This document shows, piece by piece, positions 1 through 12,706 of a DNA stretch of 60,000 bases. Source of the DNA: Squalus acanthias (lineage: Eukaryota). The notes beneath the pieces are model-generated. The model did not search any database. It saw only the letters and a list, made by a program, of their open reading frames with translations, and was not told the origin of the DNA. Location: positions 94,366,001-94,426,000 of the forward strand of contig CM059432.1 in the NCBI GenBank assembly GCA_030390025.1, in the 5' to 3' direction. Position 1 is the first letter of the stretch, and the number at the start of each line of letters is the position of its first letter. Made by a program: the position numbers and the translations under genes.

Positions 1-560
1 CCACAGCCCCCCCCACACCCCCCCCTCCACCACCACGATCTCTACCCCCAGCAACCACCTGCTCGCTCCTGGGCTGCAGCCTTTTTGGGAGCGTTCACCG
101 CTCGACCAGCAGCCAAGCCTGTCAGTTAGGTTGGCCTCCAGGTGGGGATTCTGCTTAACAAAAAACATGCACACCATGGAGTTAAAACTCCATGGTGTTT
201 GGGGAAACCCGGCCTTCCAGGTTTCCCGATCATTAATCCTCCCCCACCCGCTCCAAAACTCCACCCCAGTAAATATCGGTACCAATTGCTTCCCAGAACC
301 CCAAAACTATGCAACTCCTTGGGTTGAATTCTTTTCTTTCACATGGAGTTCTGGTGGGGTGGCCCCACCAAATCCACCCCGATCAGAACCCATTTCCCTG
401 GGTCGGGGGGTCATTCACTATGCAATGCGCGCTCTTGACAGGATTGCCACCACCAAGTGTGTAAGGTTTCCAAAATTTGCAGATCCCCAAAACCTAAGGA
501 AAAAGGACTTTGGAACTACCTCAGAGTGATAATATTGTATTTGGGCCTAACCTAAGAGAC

Positions 561-1736
561 TGTAAGACCAAAACCCAAGTTTTGGCATTTTAAAACATGT
601 CTAGGCCTGTAAAGGAACAAGAGGTGGGGTCAACCTCTGTAAAAGCAGTTTTGGTTATTGCAGTTAATTGCAATGTCTGGGGAACCGGGATGACCTCACT
701 CAAAGCCCCAGCAAGCATTAACATTTTGACAATAGACCCTAGGAGAAGACAGTCCCACCCAAAACAACAGGTGCTATCAAACCGATTACAGGGCCCATCA
801 GGAGACATGCATAAAGCAAATATTCTATAGAAGTCCTAGGCTCAGTCAAGAAACCCAAAACATGAGGACAATTCAAACTCCGATTAAACAACAGATCGAC
901 AGGATGGAGCTATCCTGAAACCACTTCACATATTTACTGGGTATAATTAAAGGCCCGTTCTCAACAGTTCTCCAGTTCAGCAGCTACAACAGTTACAAGT
1001 TCGAGTTCTCCAGTAACAACAGTTCAAGTTCAACAGAAGGCAGTTCTGCAGTTTCGAGTTCAATTGAAAGCCTGTTTTCAGCAGAAGTCAGTGCTGGAGT
1101 TACAGAGTTCAGGAGAAGCAAGTTGGGCAGTTAAAGAAGACAGTTCAGTAAGAAGGGAGTTCTCCAGTTCTCCAGCACAACAGTTACAGTTCTGCAAGAA
1201 GGCAGTTCCACAGCTCGGAAGAAGACAGTTTAAACAGAGGCAGAGTTCAACAGAAAGAAGTTCAACAAAGTAGTCCAACAGCTCCAGAAGCAGGCCGACA
1301 CGCAGGAAGAAACCAGAGCGACCGCCTCAGTGACCATCGGACACCTCGCGGCAACAAGGGCCTTACGAAACTTTTTACTCAAAAGACTCTAAACCCTAAC
1401 TCTCAACTGTCAAGGATTCGTTTGGTGAGCATTATCCCTGGTTCTCCAGAGTCCAACCTAGCTAGTGAAGTGGGATTGGGAGGGGTGAAGTATTCTCCTA
1501 ATGTTATTTCCCTCGCTTGTACCGAAGTGTTTCCCCACTTTTAGAGTGTTAAGAGTGTTGTCATTCGTGTTTTACCTTTTAATAAAGATTGAAGTTCTTT
1601 CATCAAACTCAGTTGTCTGCTGCACCTTTGTATCACAACTCCTAAATAAGTCCAAGGTCTAGAACCAAGAGAGTGGGAGCGATTTGAACTGCTCAGAAGT
1701 CAGAGGTAAAGCTGACACAAAACACCACCCCCTACA
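561..1736 (+). mobile_element. Probable LTR of an LTR retrotransposon/ERV
   Basis: Starts TGTAAG and ends CCTACA (TG...CA, imperfect inverted termini). TATA-like GGGTATAATTAAA near 939 and AATAAA at 1581. Followed 2 nt later by a PBS-like sequence. No matching TSD, and no gag/pol seen. Confidence 0.5.
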
Positions 1737-1738
1737 AG

Positions 1739-1755
1739 TGGGAGCTCTCCAGAAA
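1739..1755 (+). promoter_or_regulatory. Degenerate tRNA-Pro primer binding site
   Basis: TGGGAGCTCTCCAGAAA versus canonical PBS-Pro TGGGGGCTCGTCCGGGAT, immediately after the putative LTR end. Confidence 0.4.
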
Positions 1756-1944
1756 GAAAACCCTAGTGACGCATGCCGCTGTAGCACCAGAAGACGCAGG
1801 AGCATCACTTCAAAGCGAAGAAGAGCCTGAAAAATGCACTAAAGCTCCCACTGAAGCCGGCTGCCGAGAGTGAGGCCTTCAGCTGGTAAATGCTGACTCC
1901 AAATTAGACTAGGTCCTCTTCTTCTTTTCCGTGACCGTAAGACC

Positions 1945-2400
1945 ATTATTCTAGATTAGTCGCAGCGGATTGGAAGGTAGTAAATGTAACCTTGCTAGTC
2001 AAGAAAGGAGGGAGAGAAAAAACAGGGAACTACAGGCCAGTTAGCCTGACATCAGTCGTCGGGAAAATGCTGGAATCCATTACTAAGGAAGTGGTAACAG
2101 GGCACTTAGAAAATCATATGATTAGGCACAGTCAACATGGTTTCATGAAAGGGAAATCGTGTTTGACAAATTTATTAGAGTTTTTTGAGGATGTAACCAA
2201 TAGAGTAGATAATGGGGAACCAGTGGATGTAGTATATTTGGATTTCCAAAAGGCATTCGATAAGGTGCCACATAAATGGTTGTTACGCAAGATAAGGGCT
2301 CATGGGGTTGGGGAATGATATATTAGCATGGACAGAATGTATCCAAGTTTGCTGACGACACAAAGCTAGGTGGGAAAGTAAGCTGTGAGGATGACACAAA
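1945..2400 (+). mobile_element. CR1 LINE ORF2 (RT) fragment, 5' part; continues at 8512
   Basis: ORF 1992-2318 has [14 protein letters not shown] and [14 protein letters not shown]; a KFADD motif lies near 2345. Cut by Harbinger A1. Confidence 0.93.
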
Positions 2401-2760
2401 GGGGGAGACATTCGGTATCTCCCCGTTTGGGGCGCAATTATTGGCCAGGCGCAAAGTTTAGCGCCTGGTGCTAATTATCGCCTCCGACTGCAAACTTGGC
2501 TTCTATCGCCACGGAGGTGATTGAAGCGCTAAATCAGGCGCTACACACCTCTCTTAAGGCGCTAACGCCGAGGAGCGAGGCACTAACTCAGAGCGCTGGC
2601 GAAGCTCAGGTGATGTCAGTTAGCAATGGAACACAGACACACTGGCGCTGGTCAGTTCTTAAAGGGGAGGGTCGATCTTGCTCTCCAACCACACCCTGCT
2701 CATTGCAGCCTTGAATCTCGGCCTGGACAGACCTGAACTTGAATTCTTCTGCAAAGAAGA

Positions 2761-4562
2761 ATGGAGAGGCCCAGGGAACGAGCTCAGCGCTTCAGCGACC
2801 GGGCCTTGGTGGCTCTGGTTGGCGTAGTGGAGCGCCGAAGATCAGTACTCTACCCACAGAGTGGCAGGAGGCCATTGCCATGCGATTATAGAAGAGTCTG
2901 GAGGGAGGTGGCTCAGCACGTCTCCTCCAGGAGCCTGGTGCCCAGGACCCACACCCAATGTCGGAACAAGTTCAATGACCTCACTCGGGTGGTCAGGGTG
3001 CGTGGCTGCTTTTCAATACCTCTGCATCCCTCCATCTCAACTTCACTCTGTGCCCAGAGGGTTTAAAAACCCCAAATTCCCAACACTCATCCAAGACCTA
3101 TGGCCATCTCACAAAACACACAAGCACATTCCACACCTTGCGTACATTATTCAACTATGGGAGGCACATCAGGCAAGCACATGGCTGCATACATTAAGGG
3201 CTATTCAACTATGGGAGGCACATCAGGCAAGCACATGGCTGCATATTTACTCAGACGCCGACCTTTTTCTTGCAGGCCAAGCTATCTCACAACAGGCGGC
3301 AGCAGCAACGGACGGGTGGAGGGCCGGCTGAGCTGCAGACCCTCAGCGATTTGGAAGCGCTCGTGCACAGGATCGTTGCCAGCCAGGTGATAGGTGCCGT
3401 GGCCGCTGGAGCGGTCGACCCCCCTTGGGGACACCAATGGTAAGTTCATCAGCTTTCTCTCCTCTCTCATTCCACTTTCCCCTCACAACACCAGCCTTTT
3501 ACACTTTCAATCCAACTTACTAAATGTCTCCAGTCCTTGCTCCCTTACTGCCCCCCTGTCCTGACGCTAAAGCCACTCTTGTACCTCCCTGCTTTCAGAT
3601 AGTGAACCACCAGCTGACCAGCCTGTCCCTCAACCTACCAGTGGGAGCGACGCCCAGGCGAGGAGGAAGAGGAAGCCGGAGCCTCAGTGCCTGTGTCTCC
3701 CGAGGGAGCCAATGCCCACACTGGGACCACGCCTTCCCTGGAGGGGAGCAGGGGGGAAGGGTCTGATGAGGGTGAAGCTCCAGGTCTCAGTGGGCTGCAG
3801 CAACGCCATGAGGGTAGGGAAGCTCGGGGGCCAGCTGCCCGGAGGGAGAGTTGGCCAGCGAGTCCTGCTGCACTGGACGCAGAGGAGGAGCAGCTCATCG
3901 CGGAAATGAATACCCAGGCATTGAACATGCACACTCAACTCATGGGTGCAGTGGGAAGGGTGCCCGAAAGCATTGATGGACTGGCAAGGAGTGTGGAGCA
4001 CTCCGCTGCAGCACAGGCCGACGCAACGTAATGGCTTAGTGCTGCAATTCAGTCACTGGCTGCTGCGATCCGATCTCAGACTGCTCTCATGCAGTCTCAG
4101 ATTGATGTAACGCAAGCACTGGCTGCTGCCATCGTCGCTGGTTCGGCCACACTGCCCTGGGGCTCTCACGGCGCCGCAGCAGGCCAGCAATCTGTGCTCG
4201 AGCAGATTGCTCCGGATGCTGAGGTGCTGCCCCGTGGGAGTGGCAGTGTATCGGTCGAGCAGGATGACAGCATTCCTGCTCCCACCACTGTCACTTCCCC
4301 ATTGCACTTGCCACTGCCTACAACACAGCCAGCCCAGACTGCTGCCGCCCATGCAGAGTTGGTGCAGTCTGCAGCCGGGGCCTCCAGGCCCAGAGCTGGT
4401 CGAGGGCGTCCTTCAAGGGCATCTGTAGTCTCAGGATCTGACATTCAGCAGCCTTCCACCAGCCTTGCTGCAGCCACTGGGGCCCCATTATGGAGGAGCA
4501 GTAGGGTGGGAAGGGGGGAATTGCGCAAGGGAAGGAGATCGCCCTTGAAGGGCCAACCGTAG
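2761..4562 (+). pseudogene. Harbinger A1 Myb/SANT-like (trihelix) gene, 3 exons (2761-2997, 3276-3439, 3599-4562)
   Basis: Motif RFSDRAL...VWREVAQHVSSR...RTHTQCRNKFNDL; GT/AG introns shared with A3. Extra base in exon 2 and a TAA at 4029. Confidence 0.85.
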
Positions 4563-4674
4563 GAGGTCTAAATAAATGGTGGGATTATTTGTAGTAAAGG
4601 TCGAGGTTCGTCTGATAACATTTGTTTATTGTTTTGGTGTTTATCTTCAGCTTGTGAGAACCAGTTTTGTTAAT

Positions 4675-6689
4675 TAAGAACATAAGAAATAGGAGCAGGA
4701 GTAGGCCATTCGGCCCTTCAAGCCTGCTCCGCCATTCAATGAGATCATGGCTGATCTTCTGCCTCAACTCCATTCACCAGCCCTATCACCATATTCCTTG
4801 ATGCCTTTACTAGTCAGAAATCTATTGACTTCTGTTTTGAATATACCCAATGACTGAACCTCCACAGCCCTCTGGGGTAGAGAATTCCAAAGATTCACCA
4901 CCCTCTGTGTGAAGAAATTTCTTCTCATCTCAGTCCTGAATGCCCTACCCTTTATCTTGAGACTGTGGCCCCTGGTTCTAGACTCCCCAGCTAAGGGAAA
5001 CATTCTCCCAGCATCCATCCTATCAAGTCCTGTAATAATTTTGTATGCTTCAATGAGATCCCCTCTCATTCTTCTGAATTCAAGAGAATACAGGCCTAGT
5101 TTACTCAATCTCTTCTCATACGACAGTCCCGCCATCCCAGGAATCAATCTCGTGAACCTTCGTTGCACTCCCTCTATGGCAAGTATATCCTTCCTTAGGT
5201 AAGGAGACCAAAATTGTAAACAATACTCCAGGTGTGGTCTCACCAAGGCCCTATATAATTGGAGTAAGACTTCTTTACTCCTGTACTCAAATCCTCTTGT
5301 AATGAAGGCCAGCATACCATTTGCCTTCCTAATGGCTTGCTGCACCTGCACATTCACTTTCAGTGACTCATGTACAAGGACACCCAGGTCCCTTTGAGCA
5401 TCTGCATTCCCCAATCTTTCACCATTTAGTAAATACTCTGCCTTTCTGTTTTTTCTACCAAAGTGGATAACTTCACATTTATCCACATTATATTCCATCT
5501 GCCATGTTCACGCCCACTCACTGAGCCTGTCGAGATCCCCTTGAAGCCTCTTCACATCCTCTTCGCAACTGACACTGCCACCTAGCTTTGTATCATCAGC
5601 AAATTTGGAAATGTTACATTTAGTCCCCTCATCCAAATCATTGATATAGATTGTGAATAGCTGGGGCCCGAGCACCGATCCTTGCGGTACCCCACTAATC
5701 ACAGCCTGCCATCCTGAAAAAGACCTGTTTATCCCTACTCTTTGTTTTCTGTCTGTTAACCAATTCTCAATCCATGCTAGTATATTACTCCCAATTCTAT
5801 GTGCCCTAATTTTGTTCACCAACCTCTTGTGTGGGACCTTATCGAAGGCCTTCTGAAAATCCAGATTCACCACAACTACCCGTTCCCCTTTGTCTACTCC
5901 ACTAGTTACATCCTCAAAGAACTCCAATAGGTTTGTCAAACAGGATTTCCCTTTCATAAATCCATGTTGCCTCTGCCCAATCTTACTATTAGTTTCTAAG
6001 TGCCCAGTTATTGCATCCTTTATAATAGATTCCAGCATTTTCCCAACTACTGATGTGAGGCTAACAGGTCTGTAGTTCCCTGTTTTCTCTCTCCCTCCTT
6101 TCTTAAATAGCGGGGTTACATTTGCTATCCTCCAATCTACAGGAACCGTTCCAGAATCTATAGAATTTTGGAAGATGACAACCAATGCGTCCACTATTCC
6201 AATGGCCACCTCTTTCAAAACCCTAGGATGTAGGTCATCCAGTCCTTGAGATTTGTCGACTTTTAGTCCCATTAATTTTGCTAGTACTGTTTTTTTACTA
6301 ATAATAATTTCTTTAAGTTCCTCATTCTCGTTATACCCTTGGTTTTCTCGTATTCCTGGAAGGTTTTTTGTGTTTTCCTCCGTGAGGACAGAAACAAAGT
6401 ATTTATTTAATTTCTCTGCCATTTCCTCATTCCCCATTATAAATTCTCCCGTCTCTGACTGTAAAGGACCTACATTTACCTTTGCCAGTCTTTTCCTTTT
6501 CACATACCTATAGAAGCTTTTACAATCCGTTTTTATATTTTTCGCTAGTTTGTGCTCATATTCCATTTCCCCTTTCTTTATCAATTTCTTGTTCCCCCTT
6601 TGCTGATTTCTAAAAAGATCCCAATCCTCAGGCTGACCGCTTTTTCTGGCAACTTTATAAGCTTCCTCCTTTGACTTAATACTAGCTTT
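4675..6689 (-). mobile_element. 5'-truncated CR1 LINE (RT, ORFs 5508-6584 and 4764-5498) nested in A1
   Basis: RT motifs [10 protein letters not shown] and KFADD, one frameshift, TTCTTATGTTCTT tail. Absent at the homologous position of A2 and A3. Confidence 0.95.
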
Positions 6690-6883
6690 AATGATTTGTT
6701 GTGTTTGTTTCTATCAGTTTGACCTGAATAAATGACGCAGTTTGTTGAATAAAAAAGTTGTTATATTCAAAATGTACATGTTTGGCCTTTGCAATCATTG
6801 CAATCTTTGGCCGGCTATAGGGGTTGTGGGTTGCTTTCCATGATGTTGTTCTCCATGCCAGAAGCCATTTCCTCAGTAGGGGC

Positions 6884-8033
6884 CTAGAAGCAGCTTGTTA
6901 TCAGCCGTTGACGGACGGCCCCTGCAGTGGCAACATTGTGGGCCTCCCTCCCGCCTTGGTGCTGCTGCTGATCATCCTCCTCATCCTCTTCCTCCTCCTC
7001 TGGTGGTGCACCAATCCCTGGTGGCATTGCCTGGGTCCTGAGGATTGCCAGGCTATGAAGCATGCAGCATACAACTATGAAGAGGGAGACTCGCTCAGGA
7101 GAGTACTGCAGGGCTCCTCCTGAGTGGTCCAGACAGCAGAACCGTTGCTTTAGCATGCCGATCGTCTGCTCAACGATGTTCCTGGTGGCGATATGGCTCA
7201 TTATACCGCAGCTCGGCAGGGGTGTTGGGGTTACGGAGCAGTGTCATCAGCCAGGTGCAGAGTGGATAACCCTTGTCCCCGAGGAGCCAACCACTTGGCT
7301 GATGCAGTGTCTGGAAAAGCTCTGGCACACCAGTCTGGCGCAGGATAAAAGCATCGTGGCTGCTGCCAGGATAGCGGGCATTGACGGCGAGTATCAGCTG
7401 TCTGTGGTCACAGACCAACTTGACATTTAAGGAGTGGTGGCCTTTGCGGTTTCAGAAAACCTCTGCATTTTCATGCGGTGCCCGCAATGCCACATGCGTG
7501 CAGTCAATGGTGCCCTGCAGCATGGGGAAGCCCGCTATCCTAGCAAAGCCACATGCGCGTTCATGCTGTTTGGCCCGGGTCATGGGGAAAGAGATGTACT
7601 GGCGTCTCCTTTTATAGAGGGCATTTGTCACCTCCCGGATACAGCAATGGACAGCGAACTGGGAGATATTGGCGATGTCCCCAGTAGCTGCTTGAAAGGA
7701 GTCAGTGGCAGAAAAATTCAGAGCCACCTGTCACCTTCACTGCCACCGACAGAGAGACGTCCTGGTCCTCAATTGAGGCTGCAGATCTGGTTGCAGCAGG
7801 TGGCAGAGCTCGGTGACCACCTCCTTGCTGTAGCACAGCCTGCACAAACACTGCTCCTCAGACAAATAAATGTAGGAGAATTGTTCCCGGAATACCCTGG
7901 GAGGGTAAGGTCTCCTGTGCAGAGGCCTGTTGGCCCTCCTCCCTATGGCCATGTTTGCCTCTCTCTCTCTGCGTCTCTGATGCCTCCGATTCTGCAGGTG
8001 CAGGGCGACGCCCCGATTCAGTGCAGCCCCCAT
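6884..8033 (-). pseudogene. Harbinger A1 transposase (HARBI1-like DDE), frameshifted
   Basis: Fragments [29 protein letters not shown] and IVEQTIGMLKQRF spread over several frames. Confidence 0.92.
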
Positions 8034-8511
8034 AGTCTCTTCTAAATCGATGCAAGGATAATCAAATCAAAAAGAACCTGCAAAGTGCTGCTCAGTACCG
8101 AAAACTCCTTCACACAGCGTTGAATCTCTCCAGAAGTCTCTCTCTCTCTCTCAGGATCTCTCTCTCTCTCTCTCTCAGAATGCGTGGTGCAAAAATGTCT
8201 CTGACAAAAAAAGGCAGGAAGAAGCCATTTTTAAATAGCGCTCCCCCAGCCCCTTCCTGACTGCAAAACGTTCCCCTCTACCTGTCGTTGCTAGCAGCAG
8301 GCGGTAAGGCAGGGGGCGCCACTCAATATCCGGTCCGGGGCGCTGCCGGGACGTTGCACGCTCGACTGACGTCACGATCTGCAGGCGCAGGAGATTGTGG
8401 CAGTAGTGTTTAGCGCCGCTGCAAAAACTCTGGTCAATTTCGCGAGCGGCGCAAACATCGCCGCGCCTTAGGCGCAAATGGGAGGCGCTAATCAACCGAA
8501 TTTTTCACCAC

Positions 8512-9378
8512 AAAGAGCCTGCAAAGGGATATAGGCAGGTTAAGTGAGTGGGCAATAAGGCGGCAGATGGCGTATAAGGTGAGGTTATTCACTTTGGTAG
8601 GAAGAACAGAAAAACAGAATATTTTTTAAATGGTGAGAAACTATTAAATGTTGGTGATCAGAGAGATTTAGGTGTCCTTGTACAGGAAACACAGAAAGTT
8701 AGCATGCAGGTACAGCAAGCAATTAGGAAGGCAATGGCATGTTTGCGTTTATTGCAAGGGGGTTGGAGTACAAGAGTAAGGAAGTCTTACTACAATTGTA
8801 CAGGGCTTTGGTGAGACCACACCTGGAGTACTGTGCACAGTTTTGGTCTCCTTATCTGTGGAAGGATGTACTTGCCTTAGAGGCAGTGCAACAAAGGTTC
8901 ACTAGATTGATCCTTGGGATGACAGAGTTGTCCTTTGAGGAGAGATTGAGTAGTTTGGGCTTATACGCTCTGGAGTTTAGAAGAATGAGAGATACACTAA
9001 GACTGAAAGATACAAGATTCTGAGGGGGATTGACAGGGTAGGTGCTGAGAGGTTGTTTCCCCTGGCTGGAGAGTCAAGAACTAGGGGGTATAGTCTCAGG
9101 ATAAGGGGTCGGCCATTTAAGACTGAGATGAGGAGGAATTTCTTCACTCAGAGGGTTGTGAATCTTTGGAATTCTCTACCCCAGAGGGCTGTGGATGCTC
9201 AGTTGTTGAGTATATTCAAGGCTGAGATCGATAGATTTTTGGAGTCATGGGGAATCAAGGGATATGGGGATCGGGCGGGAAAGTGGATTTGAGGTAGAAG
9301 ATCAGCCAGGATCTTATTGAATGGTGGAGCAGGCGCAAGGGGCCGTATGGCCTACTCCTGCTCCTAATTCTTATGTTG
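8512..9378 (+). mobile_element. CR1 LINE 3' part (continuation of 1945-2400)
   Basis: LVRPHLEYCAQFWSP and RNFFTQRVVNLWNSLP; CR1 3' UTR and TTCTTATGTT tail. Confidence 0.94.
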
Positions 9379-11924
9379 TTATTGCTGTTTCCCCATTGCC
9401 CCAGGAAACGGTAGTAAGTGCGGCAGATGCCAAGAAAATCTGCTGGTGACCTGGGCCAATGTTCCCTTTAAGATGCGCGGCCGCACAGCACTTTGCAGCT
9501 CCCGCGCAGCCAACTCACTGGCTTTTAAATCGGCAAAACTGCGCATGTGCGGTATTTTGAATGGGCCACGCAGCCCCTTAAAGGGGTCGCGCACCCCAAA
9601 GAAATTTGAAGGGAACATTGACCTGGGCCCAGCAACCATGCCCCCATTTGCATGCGGCCAGGGTGGAAAGAGCGGCCATTCCAGCAGGGCGGGAAATCCC
9701 AGGCAGGGTGGTGACCAATATTCCCTGTAATTATTTTTTGCTCTGCCTGGCCCCTTCAAAATACAATGCATGTGTGGTTTTTACATTGAAAAGCTGACAA
9801 GCCGACTGCGCGGGTTCCCTGGAGTGCTGCGTGGTAGCGCAGCTTAAAGTGAACAATGGTGGTGACCCTGCAGTAGGCTTCAACACTAACATTTTCTAGC
9901 CCTTCTCTCCATCATTCATTCCTGTCTTCTACAATCTTGCTTTTAAAACAGAAAATTTGTGTCACCTACTGCATCCTGCCTTCTCTCCAACTCTTTTCAA
10001 GCATGGTGACATCTCTCACTATGAGTCTTGCCCTTCACTTAAGTTTTTCAATGAAGAATTCTAATGTATCTCAGATTCAGGTTCTATTCATCACTCCTGA
10101 GACACTCTTAACAGATTTCACTGTGCTCCTTGCCATCATCTGCTGTCAATATACGTTTATTAAAATGGAATGAACAGGAAAAAAAAGGAGTCTCTCAAAT
10201 TTTGGATTAAAATAAATTGTTTGGGAAACCAATTCATTTAATTACTGAGCTGCATTGCAGAGAGTACAGTATCACAATGTAAGGCCTGAACCTGACAGAT
10301 TCAAATAACATTTATTCACCTGTAAGGATGATTGCACTCAAGTATCAAAGCAATTTTTCAAAAGGTTTTCTGTGTCTGGCACAGACAGAACAGCAACCTG
10401 TGGAGAAGACACATCGAGTCATTCTCCTCGACTTTGATCAGGCCTTTCTGATCATTTGCTCAAGGTCCTGAGAAGTTGCTGTACTCATGTTGAAGCCTCA
10501 ATGCAGAGATAAAAACACAGCAAGCTAGTGGGTCATACATTTTTATTGCTGGAGTCTGCTGAAGCCTGTTTAAATAACAATATCAAATAGTGTGAAGATC
10601 TTTACTCAGCCATAATATCTCATGGTGGAGATCAAACCCCCATTACGTCAAATGTTTCTGTAACCATCCCCACTTATCATACCATAGGAAAGAAATTAAG
10701 ACAAGGTTAATAGTTCACATGCTGTCTGAGTCTCTGCTAAAATGCTTATATCACTACAAGGTTAAACAATGTCAGAATTGGCAATCATATGTAATACTCC
10801 AAAGTAAAGATCAAACATTTATTATAATAAACATCTTCAAAACTGCCTTCACTCGATTCTCTTTGTTTAATCCTATGATTTAAGCAGACATTTCACTGGA
10901 CTCCAGCAACAAAACATATGACCCCGCTGAAATTCTGGTCTAAGGTCTTACTCGAACGCTTATCCTGTCATTCTCTCCAAGATACTAACTGACTTGGTGT
11001 GCATTTCCGAACATTTTATTTTTTATTTATGATTCTCTTAAGTTGTGTTTTTTCTTTTTATCTCTAAAATATATGACCCAGTAGCTTGGTGCAATTTTCC
11101 ACATTTGGGCTTCCCAACATGAGTGACTTTTCAGTTACTTTTAGCTACAGCCACCTTGAACTAAACAATCAGGAATGAATTTCTCCACTGCTGGAGCTGT
11201 TGCTGCTAATGCCACTAAGGCAAATAATTAATTGCCAACAGCACAACTCGGATGCGGCCTGAACTCTTTGCTAGACAATAATTTAATTCCCTGCACCACT
11301 CAGATTGGCAGCTAAAAGAAAAGCCAATTTAGTGTGGGGACTATAAGACCTTTTAAACAACTTTAATAATCGTCATAAAAGAGGCTGTGACCATTTCAAC
11401 AGCTGTGGAGAACAAAAGAACAAGAGAAATTATAGGGCTAATTTTCTGAATGTGTACTCCCAGCACGGATCCTCGTTCACCAGGAGCGCATATTGGGAAT
11501 TTGCAGGGTCACTCCCCGTGGTTTTCCATGGTTTTGTGGGTGGAAAATATAGGCACATGTTGACCCTCAGAGAAAGCAGGATGGTTAGCCTCTTGCAAGC
11601 ACTGAAGATCAGTGCCATCCCACAGGAACATGGGCCGCAAATTTAATTCTGGAGGCGAGATGGGGGCGGGTCAGCAGCTTTCGGACCCGCTCCCGGATGC
11701 CACCAGCCCGCAGTTCCGATTTTTGCTTGATTGGCCTCGTTAAGGCCGACGTGCGGGTCCCTCCAGGCAATTGCTTGGAGCATGTCAGTTTCTCGCGTCT
11801 GATGACACGTTGTTTGAGTAAAAATTTAAAGGGGCCATGTTCCCTTTGCAAAAAATGTAGATGGGATGGCTTGGTGCTGTATTATCTAGAAAGGGGAGTT
11901 GACAGCAGCTGGTCTGAACACAAT

Positions 11925-12110
11925 GGGCGCGATCTTGCCAGCCCTGGGGAGGCGGGCATGGAGGCGGGACTGCCGGGAAGACTGGGCGGGCTTAACAAGG
12001 TCAATCAAGGGAAAATAGCGTGGGTTGGCCAGAAGTTGATGGAGGCAGGACTAAAACCTGACAAGTGGGAGTCCCGCCTCCAAAAGCTCCCCATTGGCAA
12101 AATCCAGTCC
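11925..12110. mobile_element. 186-bp Harbinger MITE nested in B3
   Basis: TIRs GGGCGCGATCTTGCCA / TGGCAAAATCCAGTCC and TSD AAT. Right part closely matches 48612-48741. Confidence 0.8.
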
Positions 12111-12280
12111 AATGTATTGAATGAAATTGCTGGTCCTATTATTCCAGAAACACATTTATGATTTTTTAATCTATCAATTTAGTATGTGACTAAGAAATGA
12201 GAAATATGCCAGATGTGTTCCAATCATTGGCTTAGTAAAATTAATGTTTTTTTCTCTTAAAGGTGCTGGCTGCTGCAGGA

Positions 12281-12520
12281 ATGGCAGCCCCAAAAACTAA
12301 GGCTGCACCCAGGTTCAATGAGGGCTCCCTCCATGCTCTTATGGAGGGAGTTAGAGGACGTCAGGGGGTCCTCTTCCCTGGAAACGGATGGAGGAGTCCT
12401 CCTCAGCAAACCAAGGCAGCTTGGCTGCAAATTGCTGAGGAGGTGAGTTCGAGGTCTGTGTGCAGACGCACATGGGTTCAGTGTCGAAAAAGGTTTAATG
12501 ATCTGCTGAGATCACCTTAA
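12281..12520 (+). pseudogene. B3 Myb/SANT exon 1 remnant
   Basis: MAAPKTKAAPRFNEGSL...AWLQIAEEVSSR...RTWVQCRKRFNDL; downstream exons are deleted. Confidence 0.85.
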
Positions 12521-12706
12521 GTGTGGCCGCTGTGTTCTGGGAAATGGAAGTTCAAGAGTGAGGGCTCAGGGCAAATGCCATGTAGACTGTTGGTGGTGAC
12601 ACTGAGCACAAATCACTGTTTAGTAGACAGATGATGCCTGGGGTTTTGAGAATATCGGACTTATATTCATCTCCATGTGCCAGCCACCTGTGGTTGAAGC
12701 GTAAGC

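Larger units (their letters stand above)
2401..8511 (+). mobile_element. PIF/Harbinger DNA transposon family A, copy A1 (decayed, CR1 nested inside)
   Basis: TIRs GGGGGAGACATTCGGT / ACCGAATTTTTCACCAC and 3-bp TSD AAA. The flanks rejoin to CR1 sequence GACACAAAGAGCCT. Contains Myb and transposase genes. Confidence 0.92.

Noticed and set aside
10320..10397. Candidate minus-strand exon (TCTTCTCCACAG...CAG|GTGAAT)
   Set aside because: Stops in all three frames; at best non-coding, and unsupported.
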